64,000 bases of DNA from a virus. The notes below the pieces were generated by a model, which saw only the letters and a list, made by a program, of their open reading frames with translations, searched no databases and was not told where the DNA came from. A program made the translations under genes and the position numbers. Numbering within the stretch: position 1 is the stretch's first letter; the number at the start of each line of letters is the position of its first letter. Shown piece by piece: positions 56,703-64,000 of the stretch. The DNA lies in the IMG/VR virus record IMGVR_UViG_3300034013_000676, positions 1 to 64,000 of that record; one strand, written 5' to 3'.

Positions 56703-57337
56703 GAAAAAAACCATCAAATAATTACTCGAAGAGTGATTTCGTTCAAGGGTTATTTAAAGGTGATCTAGAAAGATTCCTTAAAAGGGTGTATAAGAAAAGT
56801 GGGAATGAATTAAACTTTTCTACAACTTTACCCAAATGGGCCAAGGAGGACCAAGAGTTAGTTAATTTTATAAGGAGGAGGAATTTTCCGGGATTAATGA
56901 ATAACCTATGCAATATACATTTGGTTATGATGAAATATTATAAATCCGAATTAACCCTGGAATCCTTTAAATTAACAGAAAGATTAGAGGATGTACTATC
57001 TGATGAAATATGGAAATATGTTTCAGAGAAAAAGAGATATGATACCCTTATATTAGGTAAGGCTGAGATTAAGGTACCTAAGAAGGAAGCCTTAAGAGAA
57101 TTAAAGAAAAGGGGTTTTGTTAAGGTTATAGACTTCGAAAACTATGATCCAACTATGGGTCATATAATTACTGGGGGTAAACTCAAGAATATTAAATTAT
57201 ACTACCCCATGAATTTTAAAGTGGGAAGGTATATAACCAAAGACCCAGATGATATTTCTAAACCAAGTGTTATATTAGCCCAGGAATTTATAGGGTTAAA
57301 GGCATTCACTAGAATAATAACTCCGAAAGATAGATAA
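56699..57337 (+). CDS. hypothetical protein
   Basis: ORF track; ATGA overlap. Confidence 0.7.
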   Translation: MRKKPSNNYSKSDFVQGLFKGDLERFLKRVYKKSGNELNFSTTLPKWAKEDQELVNFIRRRNFPGLMNNLCNIHLVMMKYYKSELTLESFKLTERLEDVLSDEIWKYVSEKKRYDTLILGKAEIKVPKKEALRELKKRGFVKVIDFENYDPTMGHIITGGKLKNIKLYYPMNFKVGRYITKDPDDISKPSVILAQEFIGLKAFTRIITPKDR

Positions 57338-57350
57338 ATACTATACTAAA
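57338..57350 (+). promoter_or_regulatory. RTACTATW putative phage promoter
   Basis: ATACTATACTAAA, 29 bp before ATG 57367; same doubled form as at 36598. Confidence 0.55.
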
Positions 57351-57366
57351 TAAACAATCATATATT

Positions 57367-57663
57367 ATGAGCGAAATTAAATTAGAGGTACGAAGATACC
57401 GGGTCCCAATAGGTAGGACAACAAAACCTAATGAGGAAGGTGAAATGGTTAAGCTGGTATCATACCAGGAAGTTGACTTAAAGGATTACTACAAAGATTC
57501 CGAGGAAATTACCATTGAGGGAATAGAATCACTCAACGATGAGGGAATTAAGGTTAATGCATATAATTCTAGACAGTTAAGTTTTGCTCAGAAAGATGAT
57601 ACTATTGTAAGTATATATAAAAAGGTTATCTGCAAACCTAAAACAGCAGAGTCTAAACATTAA
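57367..57663 (+). CDS. hypothetical protein
   Basis: ORF track. Confidence 0.7.
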   Translation: MSEIKLEVRRYRVPIGRTTKPNEEGEMVKLVSYQEVDLKDYYKDSEEITIEGIESLNDEGIKVNAYNSRQLSFAQKDDTIVSIYKKVICKPKTAESKH

Positions 57664-57686
57664 TTAATATTAAACAATTTTTAAAG

Positions 57687-58397
57687 ATGGCAAAAGAAGC
57701 AAAAAAATCCCAATTCGAAATCTCTGACTTAGAGGGGAAAAAGTTGAAAACTGTAAATGAGCTAGGAAATGGCTTCGCTCGTTTAACATTCGAAGGAGGC
57801 TCAGCAATCGTTGCACAAGTAGTACCAATAGCAATGACCGTTAAAGGTTCTGCTGAAGAGGATGATGAAGATGAGGATGAAGTATCTGTAGAGGATATGA
57901 AAGTCGCTCTTCTTGAATCTGGTATGACCAAAAAGGCTTTAAACAAATTATCTGATGAGGCTCTTCAAGAAGCATTCGAAGCTTTAACCGAGGATGAAGA
58001 CGAAGAGGAAGAGGATGATGAAGACGAAGAGGAAGAGGATGATGAAGAGGAAGAAGAGGAAGAAGAGGATGATGACGAAGATGATGAGGATGATGACGAA
58101 GATGATGAGGATGATGACGAAGATGAAGAAGATGAGGATGATGACGAAGATGATGAGGATGATGAGGATGAAGAGGAAGATGATGAGGATGATGAGGATG
58201 AAGAGGAAGAGGATGATGAGGATGAATCTGCGGGCATTACCAAATCTGAATTAGAGGAAGCTGACTTCGACGACTTGGAGGATATGATTGATGACAACGA
58301 ATATGACATCGACATTGAAGAGTACGATGCTGATAACAAAAAATCAGTTGAGAAATTAAGAAAAGCAGTTGCCAAAGCAGCTGGTATCAAATTGTAA
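57687..58397 (+). CDS. hyper-acidic protein with a 79-residue Asp/Glu tract
   Basis: Codons 57990-58226 are all GAN; folded-looking N- and C-terminal segments. Confidence 0.85.
   Translation: MAKEAKKSQFEISDLEGKKLKTVNELGNGFARLTFEGGSAIVAQVVPIAMTVKGSAEEDDEDEDEVSVEDMKVALLESGMTKKALNKLSDEALQEAFEALTEDEDEEEEDDEDEEEEDDEEEEEEEEDDDEDDEDDDEDDEDDDEDEEDEDDDEDDEDDEDEEEDDEDDEDEEEEDDEDESAGITKSELEEADFDDLEDMIDDNEYDIDIEEYDADNKKSVEKLRKAVAKAAGIKL
57990..58226 (+). repeat. (GAN)79 low-complexity coding repeat
   Basis: Contains recurring 21-24 bp units such as GATGATGACGAAGATGATGAG. Confidence 0.9.
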
Positions 58398-58428
58398 ACC
58401 TAACATTAATTATTTAAATACTTTCATT

Positions 58429-58761
58429 ATGGCGACAGCTAAGAAAACAGTAAAAGCGGACACGGCTCCGGCAAAAGAGGAAACAACAAAGAAAAAAAGA
58501 GTTCCTAAAGAAAAGAGTACAGAGAATTACGCACATTTAAACCTAACGGTTGATGGGGATGTAACTACAAGAACTCGAGTTATGCATATAAGAGGGTTTG
58601 GGGTTCAAATCGAAACTACAGTATCTCACAAAGGTATCCCGGTATCAGTAGCAACAAACTTCGTTCAAGGGTTAAAACCAAAATCGAAAAAAGAGGCTAA
58701 GTTCTTGGTTATCGACAAAGGTCCAAAACCAAAGAAAGATAAAAAAGCTAAAAAAGCCTAA
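58429..58761 (+). CDS. small Lys-rich protein
   Basis: ATG at 58429 (MATAKKTVK...) preferred; basic tails around a beta-rich core. Confidence 0.75.
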   Translation: MATAKKTVKADTAPAKEETTKKKRVPKEKSTENYAHLNLTVDGDVTTRTRVMHIRGFGVQIETTVSHKGIPVSVATNFVQGLKPKSKKEAKFLVIDKGPKPKKDKKAKKA

Positions 58762-58785
58762 GCATAAGGCAACCTAATTATTATG

Positions 58786-58818
58786 AAAATCCCGCGGTTA
58801 AATCCCCGGGATTTTTTT
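58786..58818 (+). terminator. intrinsic terminator
   Basis: AAAATCCCG...CGGGATTTTTTT. Confidence 0.8.
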
Positions 58819-58842
58819 GTGTTTTTATATTTTGTATATTTG
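58819..58842 (+). promoter_or_regulatory. GTGTT-N11-TATATTTG promoter
   Basis: GTGTT TTTATATTTTG TATATTTG. Confidence 0.8.
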
Positions 58843-58875
58843 TCCTATAAATAATTAATTAAAAAATATCTAATA

Positions 58876-59211
58876 ATGGCAAAGATAACCAAAGTAAGAG
58901 TACCTAAAGATGTTCATGATTACCTATTAAAGATGGGTAAATTTAACCGAGGAAAAACCGCTACAGAAATATCGGATATTATACAAGATATTAGGCGAAT
59001 AAAGCTAAGTATATTAGACCTAAGGTTAAAACTGAAAAATACAGGTCTAAACAATCTTGACAGGTATTTTAAAGAAGTAGAAGCATTAAGAGAATTAACA
59101 GAGGACAGGCGTCAAATAATTATTTTCGATTACCTAATACTAGAGCTTACCCAAATAGAACATAAATTTCCCAATATTGCTCTTAATAAAATTGTAGAAC
59201 CTTTAGAATAA
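58876..59211 (+). CDS. hypothetical protein
   Basis: ORF track; after promoter. Confidence 0.7.
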   Translation: MAKITKVRVPKDVHDYLLKMGKFNRGKTATEISDIIQDIRRIKLSILDLRLKLKNTGLNNLDRYFKEVEALRELTEDRRQIIIFDYLILELTQIEHKFPNIALNKIVEPLE

Positions 59212-59888
59212 TGAGAAACTATAAACACTATAAACTTTACCTAAGAAATCCTAAGGAAAGATGGCTAGATTATTCATTGAGTTCTTTACCTGTCCTATTG
59301 GATAAACTTAAAAAGGACGAGGCTTTTCTAAACAGGGCCTCCCTTTTTATGCCAATCAAGAACGAGGTATTTATACCTTATAATGGTTTATCAGTTACAA
59401 AGAAGTACTCAAACATTATAAGGTTAATTATAGAACACTTGGAGTGTAGGGGTATATGGATAAACCATATCACAGATAATCACGAGGTTATTAATACAGT
59501 CCAGGTTTATGGTTATCCGGAGGATTTAGAATTAGCCATGAATGTCCTTAATTATTATGTTAATGGGATTTTAATGGTAGAGGAATATCTTATGAAGGAA
59601 TGTAGAAGAATAAAGCTTAACAGTAGACGTATAGGAAAGAAGCAGTTATATAATACCAGAACTAAAGTATCAAATAATATCAAGCTTTATATAGAAGAAC
59701 TAGAGGAAGTATTAAATGACACTATTCCATTAGTCTCCCCAGATAGGAAACTAAAGATAACAATATTATTTAGGCACATATATGAAAGTAAAAGGATTGA
59801 CTTTAAAGGTTATAAAAACTTAAAGGGCCCAACACTTAAATCAGCAACATGTAAACCTGGTTCAATTCACTTAAACAGATTAGTATGA
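59211..59888 (+). CDS. hypothetical protein
   Basis: ORF track; TAATG coupling. Confidence 0.7.
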   Translation: MRNYKHYKLYLRNPKERWLDYSLSSLPVLLDKLKKDEAFLNRASLFMPIKNEVFIPYNGLSVTKKYSNIIRLIIEHLECRGIWINHITDNHEVINTVQVYGYPEDLELAMNVLNYYVNGILMVEEYLMKECRRIKLNSRRIGKKQLYNTRTKVSNNIKLYIEELEEVLNDTIPLVSPDRKLKITILFRHIYESKRIDFKGYKNLKGPTLKSATCKPGSIHLNRLV

Positions 59889-60247
59889 ATAGAGTAGAAC
59901 AAAAAATAGAACAGTTAGATAAGCTTGTCCTGAGTTATGCAATGTTAAACGAAGAGTATAAGCAGAAGGGTAAAAGGAAAGGTACAATCTATTATGAGTC
60001 TATAAAATTGATTAAAAAGAAGGTTGATAGGTTAAAGAGAGAATTAAAACAATTATCTTACGACTCAATCACCAGCTGGACTATTTTCTATGAAGAGAAT
60101 AATATTCAGTATAGAGTAAACTTCAAAATCAGTTCTACGTTAACTAGTGAGGAAGTAACAAGCTTATACCAATACAATTATCCCGAAAGATTAATACTCG
60201 GGCTGGAATATATCGAAATATTACTAATTGGCATTCCTAGAAGCTAA
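59885..60247 (+). CDS. hypothetical protein
   Basis: ORF track; 4-bp overlap with the upstream gene. Confidence 0.65.
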   Translation: MNRVEQKIEQLDKLVLSYAMLNEEYKQKGKRKGTIYYESIKLIKKKVDRLKRELKQLSYDSITSWTIFYEENNIQYRVNFKISSTLTSEEVTSLYQYNYPERLILGLEYIEILLIGIPRS

Positions 60248-60261
60248 TTCTGGGAAAGTTA

Positions 60262-60271
60262 GTACTATATT
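60262..60271 (+). promoter_or_regulatory. RTACTATW putative phage promoter
   Basis: GTACTATATT, 47 bp before ATG 60309. Confidence 0.55.
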
Positions 60272-60308
60272 ATTATCAATAATCTTTATTAATTAAATTT
60301 TTATCACA

Positions 60309-60899
60309 ATGGCAAAAGAATCCTACAAGAACAAGGAAGCGGCAGTAAAAGCCCAAGAAGCTCAAAAAGAAGTAGTAGTAACAGCTAAGGCTGCATTAAC
60401 ATCTTACCTCAAGAAAAACAAACTTGAGAGAGATAAGGACTACTCAAAAGACAAAAAGCATGGTAAGGCGTTAAAAACGTTAAACCTTGAAATCGAGAAG
60501 GCTAATGAGAAATTAGTTGAAATCAATAAAATTACCGATTCATTCAAAGCTGAGAAAGCCGGTAAAGGTTCAAAAGACAAGGCAGCAGCAAAAGACTCTT
60601 CATCTAAAGGGGCTAAAACTACTCACACATATCCTGAAGGCTTAACTTCAGCTGAGAAGAAAAAATGGAGAGTAGCCGCAAGAAAAGGTGTTACAGACGC
60701 TAAAGAACTTTTGAAAGCTGCTAAGGCTGACAAGGTTGAAAAGGTTAAAAAAGAGAAGGCTCCTAAGGAAGAGGTTAAATCTGAAAAAGTTAAGGATACG
60801 AAAAAATCCAAAACTAAAGAAACCCCTAAGGAAGAGAAATCTTCTAAGAAAGACAAAAAAGCCAAAGCTAAGAAAGGTAAAAGCTCCAAAAACGACTAA
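60309..60899 (+). CDS. histone H1-like Lys/Ala-rich protein
   Basis: Very Lys-rich; YPEGLTSAEKKKWRVAARK core; own promoter motif and terminator. Confidence 0.75.
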   Translation: MAKESYKNKEAAVKAQEAQKEVVVTAKAALTSYLKKNKLERDKDYSKDKKHGKALKTLNLEIEKANEKLVEINKITDSFKAEKAGKGSKDKAAAKDSSSKGAKTTHTYPEGLTSAEKKKWRVAARKGVTDAKELLKAAKADKVEKVKKEKAPKEEVKSEKVKDTKKSKTKETPKEEKSSKKDKKAKAKKGKSSKND

Positions 60900-60929
60900 G
60901 GCTCCTTTCGATTTTCTAACAACCACCAG

Positions 60930-60962
60930 AAGCCTCTTCCCTAAAAAGTAGAGGCTTTTTTT
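60930..60962 (+). terminator. intrinsic terminator
   Basis: AAGCCTCT...AGAGGCTTTTTTT. Confidence 0.75.
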
Positions 60963-60975
60963 AATTAAGCAAACC

Positions 60976-61260
60976 ATGAATGAGACCTGGTACACAACTG
61001 AAACTGATAATGGTTCAAAAGTAAGGATAAAAGAGTGGATAACACCTGGTACCGCTTGGACCCAAGGAACTAAGCATAGCATATTTTTCATAGAGCTTAG
61101 TAATAAAGACTTAGAGATACAAAAATCTTTACCTTTACCAAATTGGAGATGGGACTTTACTGGTAAGGGTCTAACCCTTGAAAAAGGAAAAATGGATTAT
61201 GGTGTTACTAAAATGCATTTTGACAACCTTAATATAAAAACTCCCTGGATAAGGGATTAA
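60976..61260 (+). CDS. hypothetical protein
   Basis: ORF track. Confidence 0.6.
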   Translation: MNETWYTTETDNGSKVRIKEWITPGTAWTQGTKHSIFFIELSNKDLEIQKSLPLPNWRWDFTGKGLTLEKGKMDYGVTKMHFDNLNIKTPWIRD

Positions 61261-61270
61261 AAAACTGAAA

Positions 61271-62074
61271 ATGGAAATACAAAAAAATATAAGCATACAA
61301 CTATTCGATGAGGAAGGTAGAATACTTTCTGAACGATTAGTAAAGCAGGACCCTGAATTTGCAGTAGGTCCTAAAGATAAACATGAAGGTCCTTTGAGAT
61401 TACAGTTTACCTTACTAGAATCGGGTGATGTAGACAAAGCTATTACCTACCTTCAAAAGCTTAGTGGGGCATTACCATTAACATCACCTAACAAACCCAA
61501 AGGAAGAGTACCTGGTGCTAAGATAACTGCTGAAGATGTTAATAGGTATGAAGTCTTATTAAATGAGGCAATCACACTATATGGGGATAACCAAGATAAA
61601 CTAATCACCTTCTTAAGGGAAATGGGTTATCTATTCGTAACTGGTGAGTTCCTTAAATTGGTTATACCAGAAACCTATGAAATCAGGGAACGTTATCTTA
61701 AGGATTACCAATTCTTAGTTAAACGTATCAAAGAGGCTAAAGACCCAAGGAATGATAAGTTTGACCCAGTACTAATATTTGGTATCAAAATCATTGAAGA
61801 GAGAAGTCCTAGAATCCTTACTATTATGAACGGTGAAGTAAGTAAAAGGGTAGTTGACTTACCTACTGAAAAAGCTATGACAGTTAAATCAACCAACTTG
61901 TTAAAGTACCCAGCTTATATGACAGAAGAGGAAAGATACAAATTCGGTATAGAGCACAGAACCTTATTTAAAGACCCAACTAAGAAACCTACTAAGTTTT
62001 ACCTACGATGGTATAAAGATGTTAAAGTAGGTGATGAGCTTAAGTTTAATGTTAAGGCAAGGTTAACTGAGTAA
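61271..62074 (+). CDS. hypothetical protein
   Basis: 267-aa ORF. Confidence 0.75.
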   Translation: MEIQKNISIQLFDEEGRILSERLVKQDPEFAVGPKDKHEGPLRLQFTLLESGDVDKAITYLQKLSGALPLTSPNKPKGRVPGAKITAEDVNRYEVLLNEAITLYGDNQDKLITFLREMGYLFVTGEFLKLVIPETYEIRERYLKDYQFLVKRIKEAKDPRNDKFDPVLIFGIKIIEERSPRILTIMNGEVSKRVVDLPTEKAMTVKSTNLLKYPAYMTEEERYKFGIEHRTLFKDPTKKPTKFYLRWYKDVKVGDELKFNVKARLTE

Positions 62075-62079
62075 AACAA

Positions 62080-62103
62080 GTGTTTTAATAATTTGTATAT
62101 TTG
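62080..62103 (+). promoter_or_regulatory. GTGTT-N11-TATATTTG promoter
   Basis: GTGTT TTAATAATTTG TATATTTG. Confidence 0.8.
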
Positions 62104-62143
62104 AATAATGAAAAATTTATATAATCATAAAACACTTAACCCT

Positions 62144-62284
62144 ATGGGAAATCCTAAAATCGAACCTAAAATAGTAAAACTGGAAACTGTATCAAAAACC
62201 CTAAATGGTTGCATGGTGACAATGGGTATAATACTTTGTATAGGTTGCTTAGCAATCCTATTATCTATACTCTTTTCAAACTAA
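62144..62284 (+). CDS. small membrane peptide (not in ORF track)
   Basis: MGNPKIEPKIVKLETVSKTLNGCMVTMGIILCIGCLAILLSILFSN; alternative start 62108; TAATG-coupled to the NUDIX gene. Confidence 0.55.
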   Translation: MGNPKIEPKIVKLETVSKTLNGCMVTMGIILCIGCLAILLSILFSN

Positions 62285-62670
62285 TGGCACTAAAAAGAGT
62301 ATGGTTAATATTAAAGGTGGAAGGAACTGATAAGCTCCTTATCCTTAAAAGAAGTAAGAGCTCCAATAACCCCAAACAATGGGATTTTATAGGAGGCTCA
62401 TCCCAAGGTAAAATTAAACCGAGAAAACTTATCAGGAAAGAATCCCTTGAAGAAATCGGTTTTATCCCTAGGATGAGCCTCCTATCAACTTTCTATAAAA
62501 AGGGAAGTGTCTATCACTATTATATTGGGGTAATCAAGAAAACAGAGTTAATTAATATCCAATTGAATTATGAACATAGTAAATTTGATACGCTAGAATT
62601 ACATAAGCTACGTAAAAAAAGGAAACTCCATCACTCTGTTAAGTTTTATTTGTCAAATGTAAATAACTAA
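62284..62670 (+). CDS. NUDIX hydrolase with a degenerate Nudix box
   Basis: LLILKRS, WDFIGG...IRKESLEEIGF, LNYEHS; ATG at 62284 preferred. Confidence 0.8.
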   Translation: MALKRVWLILKVEGTDKLLILKRSKSSNNPKQWDFIGGSSQGKIKPRKLIRKESLEEIGFIPRMSLLSTFYKKGSVYHYYIGVIKKTELINIQLNYEHSKFDTLELHKLRKKRKLHHSVKFYLSNVNN

Positions 62671-62674
62671 TCCT

Positions 62675-62932
62675 ATGGATGAATATGTAGTGTACAACCA
62701 CTCAAGTGGTAAATTCATTAGCACAAAGCCTAAAGTAGAAGGTAATCATACCTTTACTAAAAACTTAGAATCAGCTAAAAAGTTTGGAGGACATAAGGCC
62801 GCTATGGAATATATAAGAGCTGAAGGCCTAAGTGAAAGATGTTTAACATTTAGCCATGACTTCGCTAACTCAGTATCCTTCAGAAGATTAAACGAACCAA
62901 TCATTAACAAAAGAAAATATTATAATGGGTAA
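62675..62932 (+). CDS. hypothetical protein
   Basis: ORF track. Confidence 0.65.
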   Translation: MDEYVVYNHSSGKFISTKPKVEGNHTFTKNLESAKKFGGHKAAMEYIRAEGLSERCLTFSHDFANSVSFRRLNEPIINKRKYYNG

Positions 62933-63365
62933 AAGAAACCAGAAAGCAATAGATAACTTAAAAGATAGTTACCTCAGTAAGGAAGAAAAGGCTCATCCTA
63001 AAACCAAAAGTGAAAGATTGAAACTAGGTTACAGCAGGGCCGAATGGAGAAAGGTAGAGAAGGCCCATAAGTTAATGGATGCTAAATTAGAGCAGTTAGT
63101 AACGGGGTTCATATTAGGCTTAAAAACACCGGAAGACCCGGAGATACCCAAGTCACAACATATTGATAATATGGTGGAAAAGTATGATAAGCTCTGGAGG
63201 TACTTTATAAAGGAACACATCCTAAATATTTATCCAAAAGCTGACCAACCTCCCGTTAGGAATAGGTTATTAACTATCTTCTCAAGTTACTCAGAAGAAA
63301 TGAAAAAACAGGCTAGGGAGAAGGCCTTAGCCAAGATTAAAAATGAAGGTTTAAACGAGGTATAA
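62925..63365 (+). CDS. hypothetical protein
   Basis: ORF track. Confidence 0.7.
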   Translation: MGKRNQKAIDNLKDSYLSKEEKAHPKTKSERLKLGYSRAEWRKVEKAHKLMDAKLEQLVTGFILGLKTPEDPEIPKSQHIDNMVEKYDKLWRYFIKEHILNIYPKADQPPVRNRLLTIFSSYSEEMKKQAREKALAKIKNEGLNEV

Positions 63366-63368
63366 CTC

Positions 63369-63392
63369 GTGTTATTAAATTTATTATATTTG
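63369..63392 (+). promoter_or_regulatory. GTGTT-N11-TATATTTG promoter
   Basis: GTGTT ATTAAATTTAT TATATTTG. Confidence 0.8.
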
Positions 63393-63417
63393 TACTTTAA
63401 TTAAAAAATAATATTAT

Positions 63418-63819
63418 ATGATTGGGGATTTAAACCTAGATGAGTTCACAAATGAACAAAACCTTATTATCAGGCAACTTTGTCAAATACAATTAGAATC
63501 CTTAAAACGTATACAGGATAACAATGATTTATCTGGCGAAGATATCACGATGCTATTGATACAAGAGAATGTATCAAAGGAGGTATTCCTCGAAAATATA
63601 TTAGACAAGGTCGAAAGGTATGAGGATTTACATGATGATCCCGAAAATTTAAAAGTCCTTGGTACAGATGATTTATCCATGTTTAGGCACTTATTGACAA
63701 ACGTGGAAAATATCTATAACGAGGATTATCCTAAGGCGGTATCTAATTTATGGAATAGGTTATTCCTTATTGAGCACACACAGAATCTAGTAAACTATGG
63801 TTTACTATTAAATAATTAG
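63418..63819 (+). CDS. acidic hypothetical protein
   Basis: ORF track; after promoter. Confidence 0.7.
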   Translation: MIGDLNLDEFTNEQNLIIRQLCQIQLESLKRIQDNNDLSGEDITMLLIQENVSKEVFLENILDKVERYEDLHDDPENLKVLGTDDLSMFRHLLTNVENIYNEDYPKAVSNLWNRLFLIEHTQNLVNYGLLLNN

Positions 63820-63844
63820 ATTAGGTAGATCTTTTTGACGGGTG

Positions 63845-63865
63845 GCCTCACACGAGGCATTTTTT
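63845..63865 (+). terminator. intrinsic terminator
   Basis: GCCTC-ACAC-GAGGC followed by ATTTTTT. Confidence 0.6.
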
Positions 63866-63890
63866 AATAAAACATTAAACCTAAATAAAA

Positions 63891-64000
63891 ATGAAAAACT
63901 TGACATTGACATTAGCACTATTACTAAGTATTACAGCTTTCAGCCAGGAAGCTAAGAGGGTAGGTATCGGAACTAAAGAACCCCAGGCAACTCTCCATAT
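63891..64000 (+). CDS. exported protein, truncated by the window end
   Basis: MKNLTLTLALLLSITAFS-QEAKRVGIGTKEPQATLH: signal peptide plus the VGIGTxxP motif typical of Flavobacteriales secreted proteins. Confidence 0.65.
   Translation, partial: MKNLTLTLALLLSITAFSQEAKRVGIGTKEPQATLH

Noticed and set aside
57965-58390. Poly-Ser ORF on the minus strand and Lys/Arg/Met-rich ORF 57994-58254
   Set aside because: Both are shadow frames of the (GAN)n acidic tract and have no independent expression signals.
63826-63840. Third boxA-like site GATCTTTTTGAC before the 63845 hairpin
   Set aside because: Two extra Ts and a poor 3' match; too weak to call.
1-64000. Stop-codon reassignment as in some crAss-like phages
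   Set aside because: Core genes are full length in the standard code, and TAG, TGA and TAA all end genes at sensible boundaries.
1-64000. tRNA genes, integrase/repressor, reverse transcriptase/DGR, glycosyltransferase, DNA ligase, ribonucleotide reductase
   Set aside because: None recognisable by eye in this window; they may lie outside it, and a tRNAscan/HMM search is needed to be sure.

Overview
A 64-kb stretch of an AT-rich, contractile-tailed (myovirus-type) dsDNA phage genome read in the standard genetic code. The host is probably a Bacteroidota (likely Flavobacteriales): TAnnTTTG promoters, A-rich leaders without Shine-Dalgarno sites, and a signal-peptide + VGIGTxxP protein point that way. 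No integrase or repressor is visible. Layout: (i) 1-2350, small genes, a non-coding repeat region and a very AT-rich island bracketed by G-tracts, possibly the genome end or terminal repeat; (ii) 2684-6765, a minus-strand block with RNase H, ThyX and a T4 gp56-like dCTPase/dUTPase; (iii) 7147-35850, packaging, head, neck, sheath, tube, chaperone (-1 frameshift), tape measure, baseplate, fibre and lysis genes; (iv) 35881-36513, a divergent sigma-factor-like gene; (v) 36642-55762, replication, recombination and nucleotide genes; (vi) 55814-64000, small unknown genes including a 79-residue pure Asp/Glu tract protein and Lys-rich proteins. Two systems stand out. First, a probable pre-replicative cytosine-modification pathway built on a tandem pair of divergent, Asp-type (dCMP-type) thymidylate-synthase-fold genes, with a dCTPase, dNMP kinase, dCMP deaminase and a separate ThyX. 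Second, a transcription programme readable from the sequence: five GTGTT-N11-TATATTTG promoters, about nine RTACTATW sites, rRNA-type boxA elements placed before terminators, and phage-encoded sigma-like, NusG and tandem sigma4-like proteins. All functional calls come from motif recognition by eye; no database searches were run.
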